The notes under the pieces were generated by a model. It was not told the DNA's origin, ran no database searches, and saw nothing but the letters and a program-made list of their open reading frames with translations. Positions 37,916 through 46,097 of a DNA stretch of 64,000 nucleotides are shown here, one piece after another. The position numbers and the translations under genes are program-made. Numbering within the stretch: the first letter of the stretch is position 1; every line of letters begins with the position of its first letter. The stretch spans positions 2,833 through 66,832 of the forward strand of contig JASMKC010000023.1 of assembly GCA_030749415.1 (NCBI GenBank), written 5' to 3'. This DNA comes from Myxococcota bacterium (GTDB lineage: Bacteria > Myxococcota_A > UBA9160 > SMWR01).

Positions 37916-39793
37916 TTGTTTGACGATTCCGGTTCATTGTCCGAGTCGCTGATGCGCGACGTCTTCGAAGCTGCACCCGACGCGATACTCGTCGTGGATG
38001 AGGACGGCAGGATCTTGCTGTGTAACGAGCGCGCGACCGTGCTCTCCGGCTATACGCGCGACGAGTTACTCGCACTGAACGTTGATCTGCTGGTGCCAGA
38101 ACGGGTGCGGAGCGCGCACACGTCTCACCGGGCCGCGTACACCAGGGCGCCCACGCCGCGGGTTATGGCGGGCGACATTGGCCTGCGAGCGCTGCGCAAG
38201 GATGGGAGCGAGTTCAGCGCAGAGATCTGTCTGAGTCCGCTCGGCCACAGCAATCGGCCGCTGTTCATGGCCGCGGTCCGAGACATCACGGAACGCCGGC
38301 ACCAGGAGTCGCGGCTCAGCGGTCTTCTCGAAGCCACACCGGACGCGATTATCATCGTGAATGCCGACGGCAAGATAATCACCGTCAACGGTGCCGTATC
38401 CCGGGTGTTTGGCTACGAGAGCGGAGAGCTGGTCGGCCAGTCGATGTCCGTACTGGTTCCGGACGACGCCCGCGCAGAACACAGCCGCCACCGGCGGGGA
38501 TATTTCGATGCTCCACATCCGCGACCAATGAGCGCCAGCCCCAATCTGCGGGCCCAGCACAAAGACGGACGGGTCTTTCCCGCTGAGATCAGCTTGAATC
38601 CGATCAATACTCACGACGGCATACTGACGGTCGCCGCCGTTCGCGACGTCACAGAGCAACGAAGGCTGGAGCGGCAGGTCGCCGTCAGTGAGCGCCTCGA
38701 TTCGCTCGGTCGACTCGCAAGCGCAGTTGCGCACGAGATCAACAACCCGCTGACCTACGTCATGTCCAATCTCGATTTCCTGGCCGACGAGGTTGGGACT
38801 CGAGGGGGAGGCGATGGTGACCCCGAAGAGATCGAAGAGATCATCGAGGACGCGAGGCAGGGGGCCGAGCGGGTCCGTCGTATCGTCAGCGGCTTGCGGA
38901 ACTTCTCTCGTTCCGACAACGAACGCACCGAAAGAGTCGATGTCCGCAGGATCCTCGACCTGTCGTGCAAGATCGCGGCAGACGAGATCCAGCATCGCGC
39001 GCGGCTGATCGAAGCGTATGGGGATATGCCCAAGGTAGACGCCAACGAGACCCAGCTCAGCCATGTCTTCGTCAACCTGCTGGTCAACGCCGCTCACGCG
39101 TTCGAAGGCACAGCCCGTGAGGACAACGAGATCCGGATCAGCTCTGGTGTCGACGAGAACCACGTGATCGTGTCTGTTCAGGACAACGGCCGCGGTATCC
39201 CGGTTGAGCTGATCGACGAGATATTTCAACCGTTCGTGACGACCAGACGCGTCGAGGGCGGCAGCGGGCTCGGCCTTCCGATAAGCCAAAACATCATCCA
39301 GGGGTACGGTGGTCAGATCAACGTCGAGTCCCGGTCGGGCGAAGGGAGCACGTTCAGCGTCGTATTGCCCATTGCGGTCGGCGAGGATGAGCCCACTGCA
39401 CCTGAGGGGACCGCTGCCACGCCACGTCGGGCAAAGGTCATGCTCGTCGACGACGAGCCGATGGTCGCAAGTGCAATTGCGCGACTTCTCGCAAAGTGGC
39501 ACGACGTCGAGGTATGCAACAGCGCGGACGCTGCACTGAAACAGCTCGAGGCAGAGGAATTCGACATCATCCTCTGCGACGTGATGATGCCCGGCACGGC
39601 ACCTCGCGAGCTCCACGAGCAGATTTCCCAGGTGCGGCCCAAACTCGCCGAGAACATGCTCTACCTGAGCGGCGGTGCGTTCACCGAGGACGCCAAAGCA
39701 TTCCTCGTGTCCATACCGCACCGATGCCTCGCCAAGCCCGTCGAGATCCGGGATCTGCTCGACGCGATCGAAAACTCCATCGCCGCTCGTTAG
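37916..39793 (+). CDS. hybrid sensor histidine kinase (PAS-PAS-HisKA-HATPase-REC)
   Basis: Two PAS cores (ILVVDEDGRILLCNE, IIIVNADGKIITVNG), H-box AHEINNPLTYV, DNGRGIP, GSGLGLPISQ, and REC VMLVDDEP...ILCDVMMPG. TTG 37916 or ATG 37952 is the start. Confidence 0.9.
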   Translation: MFDDSGSLSESLMRDVFEAAPDAILVVDEDGRILLCNERATVLSGYTRDELLALNVDLLVPERVRSAHTSHRAAYTRAPTPRVMAGDIGLRALRKDGSEFSAEICLSPLGHSNRPLFMAAVRDITERRHQESRLSGLLEATPDAIIIVNADGKIITVNGAVSRVFGYESGELVGQSMSVLVPDDARAEHSRHRRGYFDAPHPRPMSASPNLRAQHKDGRVFPAEISLNPINTHDGILTVAAVRDVTEQRRLERQVAVSERLDSLGRLASAVAHEINNPLTYVMSNLDFLADEVGTRGGGDGDPEEIEEIIEDARQGAERVRRIVSGLRNFSRSDNERTERVDVRRILDLSCKIAADEIQHRARLIEAYGDMPKVDANETQLSHVFVNLLVNAAHAFEGTAREDNEIRISSGVDENHVIVSVQDNGRGIPVELIDEIFQPFVTTRRVEGGSGLGLPISQNIIQGYGGQINVESRSGEGSTFSVVLPIAVGEDEPTAPEGTAATPRRAKVMLVDDEPMVASAIARLLAKWHDVEVCNSADAALKQLEAEEFDIILCDVMMPGTAPRELHEQISQVRPKLAENMLYLSGGAFTEDAKAFLVSIPHRCLAKPVEIRDLLDAIENSIAAR

Positions 39794-40105
39794 GGTGTCT
39801 TCATTGTCCGGCGTTGCTGCGGTTACCCGCAACGGTTGCCCGCGGGTCTCGTTGTGCGAGGCGGTCGCGTAGACCGAGGAGGTCGCCCCCTCGGACCCTC
39901 ACAGATCCGGACGTATGCGACGGATCCACCCTATGAACGGAATAGCTGGATCTTGTAGAGATCCAGCGTCTGTGCATGCCTTCAGCTACGGACTGCCGCA
40001 GTTTGTCGTACCAGTCTTCGAGTTGGTGTACCCACCAGTGAGCCTGACCCCTCGGTGGGTTCGGTCTGGTGCCTTTTTCTCAGCCCGGTGAACACAGTGC
40101 CGGGG

Positions 40106-40744
40106 CTAGGCGACGCCCAGCAGGTCCCTGGCGAGGGTGACGCCGTCCTTCGCCTGCGCGCCCCAGCCATCTGCCCCCTCTTTCTCTGCCCACGCTTTCG
40201 TCGTGACGGCACCGCCGACGATGACCGGGTACTTCTCGCGCACTTCGAGCTCCTTCAATATGCCGATGAGCTCGGTGAACTTCTCCATCGCGGGAGCGAA
40301 GACCACGGACACGGCGATCATGTCCGCTCCCTCCTTCTCGGCGGTCTCGTAGAAGTCGAACGGCGAGTTCTTCTCGCCGATGTCGATGACGTCGAAGCCT
40401 CCGATCGAGAGCAGGGTGCTCACCAGGTTCTTTCCGATGTTGTGCTGGCTGAGCATGGTTCCGAGTACGATCTTCTTGTCGTGCTTGGCGCTCTGGCCTT
40501 CGGGGAAGGCCTCCTGGATGAGGGGGATGCAGGCCTTGGCAGTGACGCCGCCCTTGACGAGATCCAGGACGATCGCCTGCTTGGCGGCAAATCGATCCCC
40601 CACTTCGGTGAGGCCGTCCATGATGCCAGATTCCAGGATCTCCATCGGGTCGAGGCCGGCGGCGAGCAGCTCGCGGGTCATCTCCGCTGCCTCTTCCGGC
40701 TTGGTCTCGCTCACCAGCCGTCTCAGGTCTTCGATCGTCGGCAT
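40106..40744 (-). CDS. corrinoid (B12-binding) protein with an atypical Co-ligand motif
   Basis: ATG 40744 follows GGAGGAG. It has a B12-cap plus Rossmann-like layout (KIVLGTMLSQHNIGKNLV...DVIDIG...ADMIAVSV...VIVGGA). SQHNIG (40433-40450) stands where DxHxxG is expected. Confidence 0.8.
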   Translation of the reverse strand: MPTIEDLRRLVSETKPEEAAEMTRELLAAGLDPMEILESGIMDGLTEVGDRFAAKQAIVLDLVKGGVTAKACIPLIQEAFPEGQSAKHDKKIVLGTMLSQHNIGKNLVSTLLSIGGFDVIDIGEKNSPFDFYETAEKEGADMIAVSVVFAPAMEKFTELIGILKELEVREKYPVIVGGAVTTKAWAEKEGADGWGAQAKDGVTLARDLLGVA

Positions 40745-40791
40745 TGCTTCTCCTCCCGGGGAGCTTGGGCCCGCCCCGTGGATCGTGGGCG

Positions 40792-42147
40792 TTAGTCGTC
40801 CCACGACGGGTAGTCGAGGCCCCACTCCTTGAAGATCCGTGTGAACTTCTTGTAATGGTCGACGAATTCCGGAATGGGCCTCAGCGTACTCATGTCGTAC
40901 AGCTTGTCGATCGTGGCCGCGGGCGGCGCCGGTGCACATTCGGCGGCGTTGGCCTTCTTGATGATCTCGATGCCTTCGCGCGGGCTGAGTGCGGCCGCCG
41001 CACGAGACAGCTCACCAGCCCAGCGGGCCTCCAGCCCGGTCGACCCTCCGGACAGCCACGTCGCTTCCATTCCCGAGATGCACGCATTGATGATGCAGAC
41101 GGCTGTGCCGTACCAGGAGCTGTCGCTCATGGGTCCACTGGGGTCGGCGGTGCCTCCCATCGTCAGCCATGGCAGCCGGAGATTCTGCTCAGCCGCAAGG
41201 GCAGCAGCCGAGTTGCTCCATGTGATGTCGTTTCCCGAGTAGACGCCGTGGACCGATACCGACATCCCCTGGGTGAGCGTCCCGCCCGAGTAGGCGAGCA
41301 TGCCCAGGGTATGCGCGATGATCTCGATCGCGCCTTGTTCGGGACCGGTCAGGTAGGCGTACAGCGTGGGAGAGGAGCTCATCCACGGCTCGAGTCCTTG
41401 CTGCTCCGCGAAGAAGGTGAGATTGAAGCGGTCGTAGTTGACCCGCATGTCCATCAAGATCTGGACGGGAAGCGTGCAGTTGTACTTGTTGTAGAGGCCC
41501 GAGTTGAACGTGCTCATCAGGGTAATGGGCGTCGTGGCACTCATCGGGATGCCGAAGAAGAGACCGGGCCGGCCCGCCCATGTCGCCACGTCGTTCATGA
41601 TCCGGGCTTCCGTCAGGCAGACGAGCGTGTGCGCGGGGGTCTCCGCGATGTTCTTCGTCTTGCCGACGCCGAAGAGCGGCAGCGGAAACACGCCATCGCA
41701 GGTGGGTTCCCGAACGACGGTCAGGGCATGGGCCCGGTAGATATCGACATCCCTCGTGATCGTGCCCGCGGGAGGCCAACAGTAGGGGTGCTTTGCATCA
41801 CCCGGCGCCCTGGGAGTGAGCCTGATCTCGTCCCGACCCTGCCCGAACGTGACCTCGTGTCTCGCTGTGGCGATGGCTTCCTTGATCTCTTCCTCGGTGA
41901 ACTTGATGATTCGTTTCGTGTCCTGGCAATAGAGCCCGAGCTCGAGCAGGAGCTCCATGCCGGCCTGGAAGACGGCATCCGCCATGTCCGGGTCGGCCAT
42001 GACCGGCTCGTCGGGATCGGCTTCGATCTTGTACTTGGCCTGAACGGACGCGAGAACGGACGGGAGTAACTCGGTTTCGAACTTCTCCTCCGCCATGATT
42101 GGCCCGGTGGTCGACCGCTGAATCGCTTCCCAGAAAAGCCTACCCAT
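40792..42147 (-). CDS. MtmB-family (monomethylamine methyltransferase-like) protein, non-pyrrolysine
   Basis: Blocks match my recollection of archaeal MtmB: AGMELLLELGLYCQDTKRIIKFTEEEI, WAGRPG, GLEARWAGELSRA. The 451-codon ORF has no in-frame TAG. Confidence 0.75.
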   Translation of the reverse strand: MGRLFWEAIQRSTTGPIMAEEKFETELLPSVLASVQAKYKIEADPDEPVMADPDMADAVFQAGMELLLELGLYCQDTKRIIKFTEEEIKEAIATARHEVTFGQGRDEIRLTPRAPGDAKHPYCWPPAGTITRDVDIYRAHALTVVREPTCDGVFPLPLFGVGKTKNIAETPAHTLVCLTEARIMNDVATWAGRPGLFFGIPMSATTPITLMSTFNSGLYNKYNCTLPVQILMDMRVNYDRFNLTFFAEQQGLEPWMSSSPTLYAYLTGPEQGAIEIIAHTLGMLAYSGGTLTQGMSVSVHGVYSGNDITWSNSAAALAAEQNLRLPWLTMGGTADPSGPMSDSSWYGTAVCIINACISGMEATWLSGGSTGLEARWAGELSRAAAALSPREGIEIIKKANAAECAPAPPAATIDKLYDMSTLRPIPEFVDHYKKFTRIFKEWGLDYPSWDD

Positions 42148-42192
42148 GGTTCTGACCCTTGAATGTCAGTGGTTGCTGCGAGACGGTGATGC

Positions 42193-43161
42193 CTAACCCT
42201 GCTCGTAGCATTCGCTCTCGCGAATGGAGCGCATCAGCGCTGCACATTCCTGCCCGATGTACCGCATGTGTTGAGACGAGAGCCACGGCATGATGTCTAT
42301 GATGTACCAGGAGAGGTCTTCTGGATTTGTGAAGGTCTCCTCCCATTGAATCGCACTCGCGTCGTGGTTGAGAAGCATCGCCCTGGCCTTGCCGCCGTCG
42401 TTTCCGAACAGGAAGATGCCCGAGGCGTCTTCCTGAAGGGGCAGGGGGCGTTTGAACGATTCGTCCAACACGCGCAGTGCGCTGGCCCAATCGCGATCGC
42501 AGAGATGAGCCGAGTGGATGACGAAGGTCGCGCTCCCCACGTCGATGCCGAGCCGTGCGGCGGCCTCCCGCTGCAGGCGAGTGAGCGACAGCGCCTCGAG
42601 CGGCCAAGCCGCGTAGACGTCCATGCTGCGAATCACGAACGAGCCGAATAGCGCACCTTCGATGACGTTGAAGGTGGCGGAGAGGATCGACGGCGTATTC
42701 TGAGGCGAGCCCATCTCCTGCGGGTCGATCAGCACCAGCGTGCCCGAGCGCGTGTCGTGGGATTGTTTCAGTCGCTCGATCGCCGCGTCGAACTGGCTGA
42801 GCCCGTTCCAGTCGTGCAGGCGCTGGCCGAGCGCCGGGCCCGAGTCGCCGGTGGGAGACGTGGACGTGAACCGTCGGTAGTGCTCGTCGACGTCGGCGCC
42901 ACTGAGGTCGAGGTAAGGCGCGAGTTCCTCCTCCTCGGCGGCTAGCTGGATCGTCACGATCGCGTTCAATGCCTCGGCGATCCTGTCGCCCTGGCCGGTC
43001 GTCTTGTCGGTGCCGATCCGCATGACCAGATTGAGGAGCTGCAGCCAGCCGTCCGCCACGTCGTTGCTGAACATGGGAAAGGTGGTCTTGCGAGAGAGGA
43101 AGCGTTTGCGTTCCGGAATCTGCTCCATTTCGTTTCTCCCGATCACCGGCTTCGACGGCAT
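42193..43161 (-). CDS. thymidylate-synthase-fold protein lacking the catalytic Cys, with a C-terminal extension
   Basis: ThyA-like order of motifs: LGQRLHDW, HDTRSGTLVLIDP, TPSILSATFNV (in place of PCH), VIRSMDVYAAWPLEA (RSxD), VIHSAHLCDRD. About 90 extra C-terminal aa. Confidence 0.6.
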   Translation of the reverse strand: MPSKPVIGRNEMEQIPERKRFLSRKTTFPMFSNDVADGWLQLLNLVMRIGTDKTTGQGDRIAEALNAIVTIQLAAEEEELAPYLDLSGADVDEHYRRFTSTSPTGDSGPALGQRLHDWNGLSQFDAAIERLKQSHDTRSGTLVLIDPQEMGSPQNTPSILSATFNVIEGALFGSFVIRSMDVYAAWPLEALSLTRLQREAAARLGIDVGSATFVIHSAHLCDRDWASALRVLDESFKRPLPLQEDASGIFLFGNDGGKARAMLLNHDASAIQWEETFTNPEDLSWYIIDIMPWLSSQHMRYIGQECAALMRSIRESECYEQG

Positions 43162-43167
43162 CGCGCT

Positions 43168-43827
43168 TTAGCGGTTGGGGGCGCAGAAGGTGCGAATGAA
43201 CTGACTCTCGAGTCGTTGCAGGATGACTTCGTGCGGGGTCTCGCCGCCGTGCTCGAGCCAGTAGGCGAGCTCCACTTGCTTGAGTGCCAGCATCTTGCGC
43301 ACCAGCAGGTCGGGGTCCTCGTCGACGTAGATCCCCTCCGCGATGCCGCGGGCAAATAGGTCCCGGGGAATCGGGACGCCTTGCTTCCAGATCTCGCTCT
43401 CGCCCGCCGACTTCGGGAAGCCGGACGCCCAGCCGTAGCCGTCGCGACAGCACATGCGCAGGAAGTCGGGCCTCTCGAGGAAGTAGGCGGCCCCCCGCTT
43501 GAGAACGGAGAGATGGCTCTCGAGTGTGTCCGAGTGGGCGTCTCGCGCCTCGCGGATGCAATCCAGGAACTCGCGCATGCGCGTCCGGTGGATGCTGTTG
43601 AAGAGCGACTCCTTGCCATCGATCACCCCGTAGAGCGTGCCCAGCGAGATGCCGGCTTCGGCCGCGATCTCGCGCATGCGGGAGCGATCTGCCCCCTTCT
43701 GGGCGAAGACGCGCTCGGCGGCTTCGGTGATGACCTGCTGGTAGAGGGTGCGACGCTCCTCTTTCATCCGGCGCTGGATGGCGCTGGGGCGGGTGCGGCG
43801 CGCGCTCTGGCGGTCGGGAGAGGGCAT
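43168..43827 (-). CDS. TetR-family transcriptional regulator
   Basis: HTH region AAERVFAQKGADRSRMREIAAEAGISLGTLYGVI. Its stop is 6 nt before the next gene. Confidence 0.85.
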   Translation of the reverse strand: MPSPDRQSARRTRPSAIQRRMKEERRTLYQQVITEAAERVFAQKGADRSRMREIAAEAGISLGTLYGVIDGKESLFNSIHRTRMREFLDCIREARDAHSDTLESHLSVLKRGAAYFLERPDFLRMCCRDGYGWASGFPKSAGESEIWKQGVPIPRDLFARGIAEGIYVDEDPDLLVRKMLALKQVELAYWLEHGGETPHEVILQRLESQFIRTFCAPNR

Positions 43828-43839
43828 GTCTGGTAACCA

Positions 43840-43861
43840 CTATTCTATTAAATCAGAATAG
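43840..43861. promoter_or_regulatory. candidate TetR operator palindrome
   Basis: CTATTCT-attaaatc-AGAATAG (7-bp arms) in an AT-rich stretch, 13 nt upstream of the tetR start. Confidence 0.4.
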
Positions 43862-43941
43862 CGGTTTCAAGCAGCATGGGATGTGCCGCGATGCCGGTGC
43901 CCGCGGGCGAAATGCTGTGGCGGCCTCGAGTGGTGCCGGAT

Positions 43942-44440
43942 TCACTGTGTTATTCGGACGCCGTCCTCGTCTTCGGAGCGCACCCAGACGCCCACGAACT
44001 CGAGTTCCGGGTGCCCCAGGATCGCGCGCAACGCGAAGGCTCCGACGTTTCCCGTACTCCGCTGGATCACGCGGTAGCTCGCGGGCGTCTCCTTCCAGAC
44101 CAGGCGCATGATCTCGAGCTGCTCGTCCAGCCGGCGGCCGCGCTCCTCGTGTGGGATCCCGAAGGCTTCGTACTCCTCGGCCTGCCAGCTGCCGATCGGA
44201 AGGATCGTCACGCGACCCCCGGAGACGAGGTCGAGGGTCGCCCACTGCTTGGCGTTCAGGAGCGGGTGACGCAGTGGTGCGAGCGTCGCAGCCGCGTTCA
44301 ATCGAATCGTCTTCGTCACCGCGGCGATCGCCGACAGCATCACGATCTGGCTCGGCATGTGCTGGTCCGGTGCCGCGCCTGCTGGGTCGTGGCACCGAGG
44401 GTGCAAGAGTGCGATTTTGTCGCTGCGCGCAATGCGCGGG
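43942..44440 (-). pseudogene. chimeric remnant: internal LLM-oxidoreductase fragment fused in frame to the N-terminus of a Rossmann (DapB-like / amine-dehydrogenase-like) protein
   Basis: ...MLSAIAAVTKTIRLNAAATLAPLRHPLLNAKQWATLDLVSGGRVTILPIG... (LLM core) runs directly into VIQRSTGNVGAFALRAILGHPELEFVGVWV, followed by a stop. Neither part is full length. Confidence 0.5.
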
Positions 44441-44505
44441 AAAGGCTGCTTCAGGGGAGCGTGGCAATAGGACGCCTTTTCCCCGGCAGGCACGGGTGGG
44501 CAGAG

Positions 44506-45684
44506 ATGGAGAAAGCACGGACGGTCGATCTCGCGTTCGCCGAGCTGCCCGGTCACGAGATGTTCGAGCTCCTCGAGGAGCTGCGGGGCGATGGTCCGCT
44601 GGCCCGCGCGACGTTCGCCGGTGCGCCCTGCTTTCTCACCACCACCCACGGCCTTCTGCTCGAGGGCTTCATCGACGCCGCGAAGTTCCCGCCGGCCCGC
44701 CTCTACCAGAACAGCATCGCCCGGGTGATCGGCCCCAACTTCCAGTCGATGGAAGGGGCCAGGCACACCCTGTACCGGCGGCTCGCCACCCCGGCATTTC
44801 GCTCGCGGGCAGTGGAACGCTACGAGCGCGAGGGGATGGCGGAGCTGGCTCACGAGCTGCTGGAGCGTCTGGACGGGCGCGGCGAGGCCGATCTCGCGAG
44901 TGCGTTCACGCACCGCTTCCCGTTCCTGGTGCTCTGCCGCCTGGTCGGGATTCCCCGGGACCGGGAAGACGAGTTCCACCAATGGGCGGCGGAGATGGTG
45001 ACTCCGCCAAACGTGCCGCTCGAGGTCTGCCGCCGCGCCGCCGCCGAGTTCACGCGCTACCTCGCGCCCACCTTGGCCGAGCGCCGCCGCGAGCCCCGCA
45101 GCGACGTGATCTCCGAACTGATCGCCGCCGAGGTGGAGGGACGCCACCTCACGGACGAGGAGATCTCCTCCCACGTGAAGCTCATGTTTTCCGCCGGTGC
45201 AACGACGACGTGCGATGGCATCGGAAACCTGCTGCACGCATTGCTCTCACACTCCGGCGCCTGGGAGCAGGTGGTCGACGATCCCTCCGTCCGCGCCACG
45301 GCCGTTCACGAGTCGCTGCGGTGGCAGACGCCGGTGCCCAACCTTCCACGCATCTCGGCCGAGGAGACCGTCGAGTTCGGCGGAAGGGAGATCCCGCCGA
45401 AGAGCTTCGTCCTCTTCAGCATGGCGTCGGCGAATCGGGATCCCGCGGTCTACGACGATCCCCACCGCTTCGACCCGGCCCGCAGCTCGCGCGATATCCT
45501 GAGTTTCGGGCGTGGCGAGCGCTCCTGTCCCGGCATGCACCTGGCGAAGAAGGAACTCTCGATCGCCCTCGACGTGCTGATCGACCGTTTCCCGAAGCTG
45601 CGGCTGCAGGGCGACCCCCAGGCCTCGGCTCCGACCGGTGCCATCATCCGCGGTCCGAAGACCCTGCCCGTCGCACTCCAGTAG
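44506..45684 (+). CDS. cytochrome P450
   Basis: ATG 44506. I-helix FSAGATTT, ESLRWQTP (ExxR), haem loop FGRGERSCPGMHLA. Confidence 0.9.
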   Translation: MEKARTVDLAFAELPGHEMFELLEELRGDGPLARATFAGAPCFLTTTHGLLLEGFIDAAKFPPARLYQNSIARVIGPNFQSMEGARHTLYRRLATPAFRSRAVERYEREGMAELAHELLERLDGRGEADLASAFTHRFPFLVLCRLVGIPRDREDEFHQWAAEMVTPPNVPLEVCRRAAAEFTRYLAPTLAERRREPRSDVISELIAAEVEGRHLTDEEISSHVKLMFSAGATTTCDGIGNLLHALLSHSGAWEQVVDDPSVRATAVHESLRWQTPVPNLPRISAEETVEFGGREIPPKSFVLFSMASANRDPAVYDDPHRFDPARSSRDILSFGRGERSCPGMHLAKKELSIALDVLIDRFPKLRLQGDPQASAPTGAIIRGPKTLPVALQ

Positions 45685-45764
45685 GGTCGCACCGGCGAGT
45701 GGGGCCGAGCGTTCGGCGGCAGACGAGCCTGCCTCGCCCGGCCTGCCCCGGGGACCCGTCAGGT

Positions 45765-45904
45765 GAGCGCAGGAAGTTCAAGCGTTGGTCCCGCGACGGC
45801 GAGTACGGGAACAGCGACGGCGAGTACGGGAAGTTCAAGCTGCGTTTTCGCTGGGTCCGATCAGCAGACATTCTGTCCAATGGGGACCGGGTCCCAACAC
45901 GGGG
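45765..45904 (+). repeat. interspersed 5' module (45822-45904) preceded by a partial duplicate of its own 5' end (45765-45793) and a 17-bp local duplication
   Basis: gagcgcaggaagttcaagcgttggtcccg, then cgacggcgagtacggga twice (45794-45810, 45815-45831), then agttcaagctgcgttttcgctgggtccgatcagcagacattctgtccaatggggaccgggtcccaacacgggg. Confidence 0.8.
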
Positions 45905-46097
45905 CGGTGATGTTTTCGACCGCGGTGATGCTTCTCAACCTCGAGGCGCCGCCGCCGCTCGTGCCGGATGCGGCCTCCCCGGAATCCCGCGGGCCCGACT
46001 CGAAGCCGCGGCCGCACGCCGCCGGATAGCGCTACGTTGACGGATCCGGCAGGAGGAGGCTCGGCAGCCATGTCAGGAGGCGCAGAGGCGGCAGGCC

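Noticed and set aside
40030-40078. Possible intrinsic terminator (CACCAG...CTGGTG followed by CCTTTTTCT) between the hybrid kinase and the corrinoid gene
   Set aside because: The stem is short with a ~27-nt loop and competing pairings, and it lies about 240 nt from the kinase stop. This is too weak to call without transcript data.
40792-42147. Pyrrolysine-containing MtmB (in-frame amber codon read-through)
   Set aside because: The ORF is continuous with no internal TAG, and no pyl genes are visible in the window.
42193-43161. Annotation as a genuine thymidylate synthase (thyA)
   Set aside because: The nucleophile position reads Ser (TPSI instead of PCH), other dUMP-site residues are not evident, and the gene sits in a corrinoid methyltransferase operon.
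42140-43840. 566-aa minus-strand ORF spanning the ThyA-fold and tetR genes in another frame
   Set aside because: Arg/Pro/Gly-rich. It overlaps two ORFs that have a clear HTH and ThyA-like motifs.
45644-45880. Short minus-strand ORFs that recur across the repeat copies (MDRMSADRTQ..., MDRMSTHRTQ..., LDRMSADRTP...), considered as a conserved micro-protein
   Set aside because: The similarity simply reflects the nucleotide repeat. Starts and stops are not conserved between copies, and substitutions do not follow a codon pattern.
44151-46040. 629-aa + strand ORF overlapping the P450 out of frame
   Set aside because: Very Arg/Gly/Pro-rich. The P450 frame contains the haem loop, ExxR and I-helix motifs.
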